Shown here: in pieces, positions 61,904 through 64,000 of the stretch
Layout: every line of letters begins with the position of its first letter
Position numbering within the stretch: the stretch's first letter is position 1
From: Pelagomonas calceolata
Lineage: Eukaryota
Length of the DNA stretch: 64,000 nt
Direction of reading: 5' to 3'
NCBI GenBank assembly: GCA_918797485.1
Contig: CAKKNE010000002.1
Location: 1,798,001-1,862,000, forward strand
The notes under the pieces: model-generated
The model's database searches: none
Seen by the model: only the letters and a program-made list of their open reading frames with translations
What the model was told of the DNA's origin: nothing
Translations under genes and position numbers: made by a program

Positions 61904-62866
61904 ATGTCTGCCTCCTACAACCCCCTCCAGACCGAGGACCACCAAATCGAGGCGGACGCCGCCTACGCGCGGCGCCTCCAGGCCGAAGAGAGGCGTAGCG
62001 CGACGACGCAGTCGCCCCTGCACGACGTCAGCGAAATTAGTAGAAACCACGCGGCGGCGCCCGAACTGCGGTTGCCGACGATCCCGTCACCAGCAAAGCT
62101 CGTCGAGGGCCTCAGCCGCGAGCAGACGGCGGGCGCGGTGTTTGCTGCGTTCGTCGCCGTGAAACTGGGCCTGGGCCCGGCCTTCGCGCAACTGACGTGC
62201 GTCGCGCTGGGCCTGGCCGTCTTCCGCGTCGCGCGGAAAGTCGCCAATTTAGACGACGAGGGCGCGTTCCGGGCGGCCTTTTCTGCCTCACTATGTCTTG
62301 CATTCGTTATCGCCTGCGTCGGGGTCACTGCCGCCGACGTCTGCGCTTTGTTAGCATTAGGAGCGGCGGCGACGAAGCCTCCACAATCATCTTTTACTGG
62401 AGACGCTTTGAAGACTGTATTGAAGGCCGAGCGCAAGGCGACGCGAGGCCCGAAGCCGCGGGACTTCTGGGGCAAGCTGCAGCGGAAATTCACGAGCGCC
62501 GTCGACGACTTCTTTGCGACTTTACAGGATAGAGCCGCGGACGTGCGCTTTTATGATTGTGATTTATTTATGGTCTGTAAAGTCACACCACCGGGCGCGG
62601 ATCCCGTGTGGTTGGTGGGAGCGTTTTATCAATGGCACAACGCGAACGCGGTCGCGGTCTACGTCAACCGGTGGTTGGCGGACTTTGCTTCTGCGCACGC
62701 CGCGGCAACTAGAAGGAGAGGTGCGGCCCAACAGATGCTCATCCGCGTGCCGCCCGGCGCGCGCGCGGGCCAGCGCTTCCGCGCGAACACGCCGCGGGGA
62801 GACTCGATCGAGTTCGTCGTGCCGAACGGCGCGGCGGCGGGAGACGTGATCGTGGTCGCGTACTGA
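61904..62866 (+). CDS. Hypothetical multi-pass membrane protein
   Basis: CUE/UIM-like IEADAAYARRLQ, 3-4 hydrophobic segments, C-terminal VPPGARAGQ/VPNGAAAGD repeat. Confidence 0.7.
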   Translation: MSASYNPLQTEDHQIEADAAYARRLQAEERRSATTQSPLHDVSEISRNHAAAPELRLPTIPSPAKLVEGLSREQTAGAVFAAFVAVKLGLGPAFAQLTCVALGLAVFRVARKVANLDDEGAFRAAFSASLCLAFVIACVGVTAADVCALLALGAAATKPPQSSFTGDALKTVLKAERKATRGPKPRDFWGKLQRKFTSAVDDFFATLQDRAADVRFYDCDLFMVCKVTPPGADPVWLVGAFYQWHNANAVAVYVNRWLADFASAHAAATRRRGAAQQMLIRVPPGARAGQRFRANTPRGDSIEFVVPNGAAAGDVIVVAY

Positions 62867-63025
62867 TCTGATCCCCTCCTCGCGGCTCTTCGGCGAGGCG
62901 CGCCAGAGCCCGCGCCCGAGCCCGAACCCGAGGCGCCCGCGGAACGACCGCCTTTGTGTGACTAATCTTATTTTGTGTATCGCCGAGAAAAGAAGTCACA
63001 CACTGCATGCTTAGGTCACACCGTC

Positions 63026-63919
63026 CTAGCCGGCCGGCGGCGGCCGCGGCACCGGCTTACGACGCGCTGGCGCCGGCGCCGGCGCGCCGAAGACCGCCCC
63101 AATGTAGTTCGCCGCCGCGGACAGCTTCTTGGACGCCATGTCGGACACGCTCGAGTACGCGCCGTCGCCCTTGGCCGCCTCGGCAGACGTGTAGGGCTGG
63201 CGCCGCCGCGCCGTGCGCGGGGCCGGCCGCGGGCGCGGCCGCGACGACGTCGTCGTCGTTGTCGGCGGCGGCGGCGGCGGCGAGTCGGCCTTGCGCGGTT
63301 CGGCCGTTGGCGGCGCGGGCGCCGGCGCCGGCACTGGCTCGGTGACGACGGGCGGCACGCTTGCGCTGCGGCGGCGCTGGGCGCGCTGGTCGGCGATGAG
63401 CTGCCGGCCCAGATTCGCGAGCTGCGCGGACGAGAGGCCGTCCGTCGGGATAGACTCCTGGGGCGGCGCCGACGAGCCGCGCCGCCGCGGCGGCCGGGTC
63501 GCGCGCGCCTCGTCCTTGAACTCCTCGGCGCCCTCTCCTCCTCGAGAGCTGCGCCGCCGCCGCCGGGACTCGCGCCACGGGACCTCGAAGTCGTCCGACG
63601 CGCCGCGCGACACGACGCGCGTCGGCGCCGCGCGGCCGCGGCGCACCTTGCCGTCCTTTCCTAAACGCCCTTCGCGCTTCATCTGCCTCCGCATCGTCGT
63701 CTTCTTCAGTACTAGACCGTCCCGCGCGGCGGCGCCCGTCGTGTTGTTGCGTCTCCGATGCCTCGACACGATGTCGTCATAATTATAATCGTCGGCGTTC
63801 TGGGGGCGGTTGCTGTCGGCGGACCGCTCGCTGCGCTTCGCGAGGTAGCCCTCGAGGGCGTCGTCCCTGGAATCGAAGCGGCTCTTGACTTTTGGTTTGC
63901 TCGTTAAGAGGGTGGACAT
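63026..63919 (-). CDS. Hypothetical Arg/Pro-rich protein
   Basis: 297-aa ATG-initiated ORF with a plausible 5' leader; no recognised domain. Confidence 0.6.
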   Translation of the reverse strand: MSTLLTSKPKVKSRFDSRDDALEGYLAKRSERSADSNRPQNADDYNYDDIVSRHRRRNNTTGAAARDGLVLKKTTMRRQMKREGRLGKDGKVRRGRAAPTRVVSRGASDDFEVPWRESRRRRRSSRGGEGAEEFKDEARATRPPRRRGSSAPPQESIPTDGLSSAQLANLGRQLIADQRAQRRRSASVPPVVTEPVPAPAPAPPTAEPRKADSPPPPPPTTTTTSSRPRPRPAPRTARRRQPYTSAEAAKGDGAYSSVSDMASKKLSAAANYIGAVFGAPAPAPARRKPVPRPPPAG

Positions 63920-64000
63920 GGTGCTGGGCTTTTTGTCTCAGCGCGGCGGGGTGCCAACAATGGCTTGCTGGGCTGGGCAGCAGCTCCGCAGCGTCGGCGC

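Overview
Gene-dense, very GC-rich, intron-poor eukaryotic nuclear DNA. The composition, gene content and signal-peptide style suggest a stramenopile alga, probably a pelagophyte (Aureococcus/Pelagomonas-like); this is inference. About 35 protein genes are supported, including UFD1, XPC/RAD4, RAD1 (9-1-1 clamp), COG7, REV3, a FANCJ/RTEL1-type helicase, PAF1, RPB10, a calpain, two SET proteins, glycosyltransferases, hydrolases and methyltransferases. There are also two dispersed 5S rRNA genes, a degenerate Ty1/copia remnant, a 1.16-kb TIR element and a hairpin MITE. Main observations: (1) a conserved 24-bp dyad motif, GCTAGCG(G/T)(C/A)CTGTAAGACACTAGC, recurs in most of the promoter regions and was not seen in coding sequence, and a second 21-bp motif sits after several stop codons. 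(2) A 3.0-3.6 kb inverted duplication carrying 5S rRNA flanks a 17-kb block, and its junctions fit a staggered-break inversion. (3) REV3 lacks its CysB Fe-S motif, and one SET protein looks ER-targeted. All calls come from reading motifs by eye; no database searches were run.
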